Source: Macrostomum lignano (lineage: Eukaryota). Taken from it: a DNA stretch of 59,355 bases. The position numbers and the translations under genes were made by a program. The notes below the pieces were generated by a model, which saw only the letters and a list, made by a program, of their open reading frames with translations, did not search any database and was not told where the DNA came from. This document shows, in pieces, positions 58,401-59,355 of the stretch. Position 1 is the stretch's first letter. The number at the start of each line of letters is the position of its first letter. The stretch spans positions 1 through 59,355 of the forward strand of contig NIVC01004122.1 in NCBI GenBank assembly GCA_002269645.1. The letters run 5' to 3'.

Positions 58401-59339
58401 AACTACAGATTCCTAGAAATAGAGTACAGAATTCTTAGAAACAGAAACCCTTTCTTACAAATACAGACTGTTAGAAACATTCCTAGAGTAACAGATTCTT
58501 AAAAACGTTTCTTAAAAATACACATTCCTACAAATACAGATTCTTAGAAAACACTTTCTTAAAAATACAGATTCTTAGAAATGTTTTTTTAAATGCAGAT
58601 TCCTAGAAACTCTTTTTATCCAATTCTGATTCCTAGAAACGTTTCTTAAAAATACACCCTCTTTAAAACTCATATCTCTATAATAATTCAATAATTTTTC
58701 AAATTAAATTAAAATGGTCCTCTCACCTGTCAACCGACACTCCTCGACGGCGAATTTGGTCGGCTTCCATTCGAGTCTTCGCTGAGCCTCAGTTTCTGTG
58801 GCCCTGCGCTCAATTGTGCGCCGCCGATCTGCAGCCAGGCGCTCTTCGCGCCAGAGCGTCGGTCTCCCTGGCCCTACGCTCAGTCTCCTGCTGCCGGAGT
58901 GCAGCCAGGCGCTCTTTCGCGCTGAGTGTCGGTCTCCCTGGCCCTCGCTCAGTCTCCTGCTGCCGGAGTGCAGCCAGGCGCTCTTCGCGCAGAGCGTCGT
59001 CTCCCTGGCCCTACGCTCAGTCTCCTGCTGCCGGAGTGCAGCCAGGCGCTCTTCGCGCTGAGTGTCGGTCTCCCTGGCCCTACGCTCAGTCTCCTGCTGC
59101 CGGAGTGCAGCAGGCGCTCTTCGCGCTGAGTGTCGGTCTCCCTGGCCCTACGCTCAGTCTCCTGCTGCCGGAGTGCAGCCAGGCGCTTTCCGCGCTGAGT
59201 GTCGGTCTCCCTGGCCCTACGCTCAGTCTCCTGCTGCCGGAGTGCAGCCAGGCGCTCTTCTCGTTGAACAGCGGTCTCTTGCTGACGCTTCTTCTTGCGT
59301 CTCTGCTCTTTTTAAAGCGCTGGTGCCACGTCGAGCCAT
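52473..59339 (-). CDS. Helitron RepHel (~1790 aa): STPR-like 23-aa repeats, OTU protease, Cys finger, HUH Rep, PIF1 helicase; 9 exons, several 1-bp frameshifts
   Basis: Exons 58727-59339, 57555-58116, 56842-57426, 55909-56677, 55415-55756, 55029-55338, 53904-54925, 53397-53793, 52473-53237. Motifs are PGDGNCFFHA..HYE, CQECGALLW..CCAKGKV, RYNLPT, EYQKRG|LPHVH, HGPCG, DNRWVVPY, KYVIKY, DAPAGTGKT, WDEISM, GDFRQLLPV, TIHKSQGQS and HGQLYTALSR. Confidence 0.95.
58190..58660. repeat. Degenerate AT-rich repeat (AGATTCTTAGAAA core) in RepHel intron 1
   Basis: ATTCTTAGAAA/ATTCCTAGAAA recurs many times. Confidence 0.75.
58790..59270 (-). repeat. Coding 69-bp tandem repeat (~7 copies) encoding ETDTQREERLAALRQQETERRAR
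   Basis: Minus-strand translation of the repeat unit; some copies carry indels. Confidence 0.9.
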
Positions 59340-59355
59340 TTTAGAGTTTCGATTT

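Larger units (their letters stand above)
43357..59355 (-). mobile_element. Large Helitron (canonical Helitron1-type Rep), 5' end outside the window
   Basis: The minus-strand 3' end reads GCTCCCC-AAC-GGGGGGC hairpin, 8 nt, CTAG, then T. The element contains RepHel and RPA-like genes and internal tandem repeats. Confidence 0.85.

Noticed and set aside
52473-59339. Classification as a Helentron because of the OTU domain
   Set aside because: The Rep motif is RGLPH, no endonuclease follows the helicase, and the 3' end is a canonical hairpin+CTAG.

Overview
This is eukaryotic (animal) genomic DNA. GC-rich exons separated by introns full of private minisatellites resemble flatworm (Macrostomum-like) genomes; the organism is inference only. 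The left 21 kb holds three co-oriented minus-strand host genes: a multi-RING/PHD protein (PHRF1-like, running off the left edge), a complete 9-exon phosphorylase kinase beta subunit (PHKB) and a tandem-RING paralog of the first gene. The middle is an AT/CT-rich spacer followed by a nested retroelement stack: a decayed Ty3/gypsy pol, three head-to-tail RNase H-bearing LINE pieces separated by (CAA/CAG)n, and a very young full-length Ty1/copia with 258-bp LTRs and an AGGAG TSD. The right 16 kb is a large minus-strand Helitron with a 3' hairpin+CTAG at 43357 and its 5' end beyond the window. It carries a spliced STPR-repeat/OTU/Zn-finger/HUH-Rep/PIF1 gene, a spliced RPA70-like OB-fold gene and a small, apparently undescribed RGG/CCHC-knuckle/polyQ gene whose polyQ tract is interrupted by a LINE. 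Most ORFs carry 1-bp indels, often in homopolymers, which probably reflect long-read assembly errors. No tRNA, rRNA or CRISPR was found.
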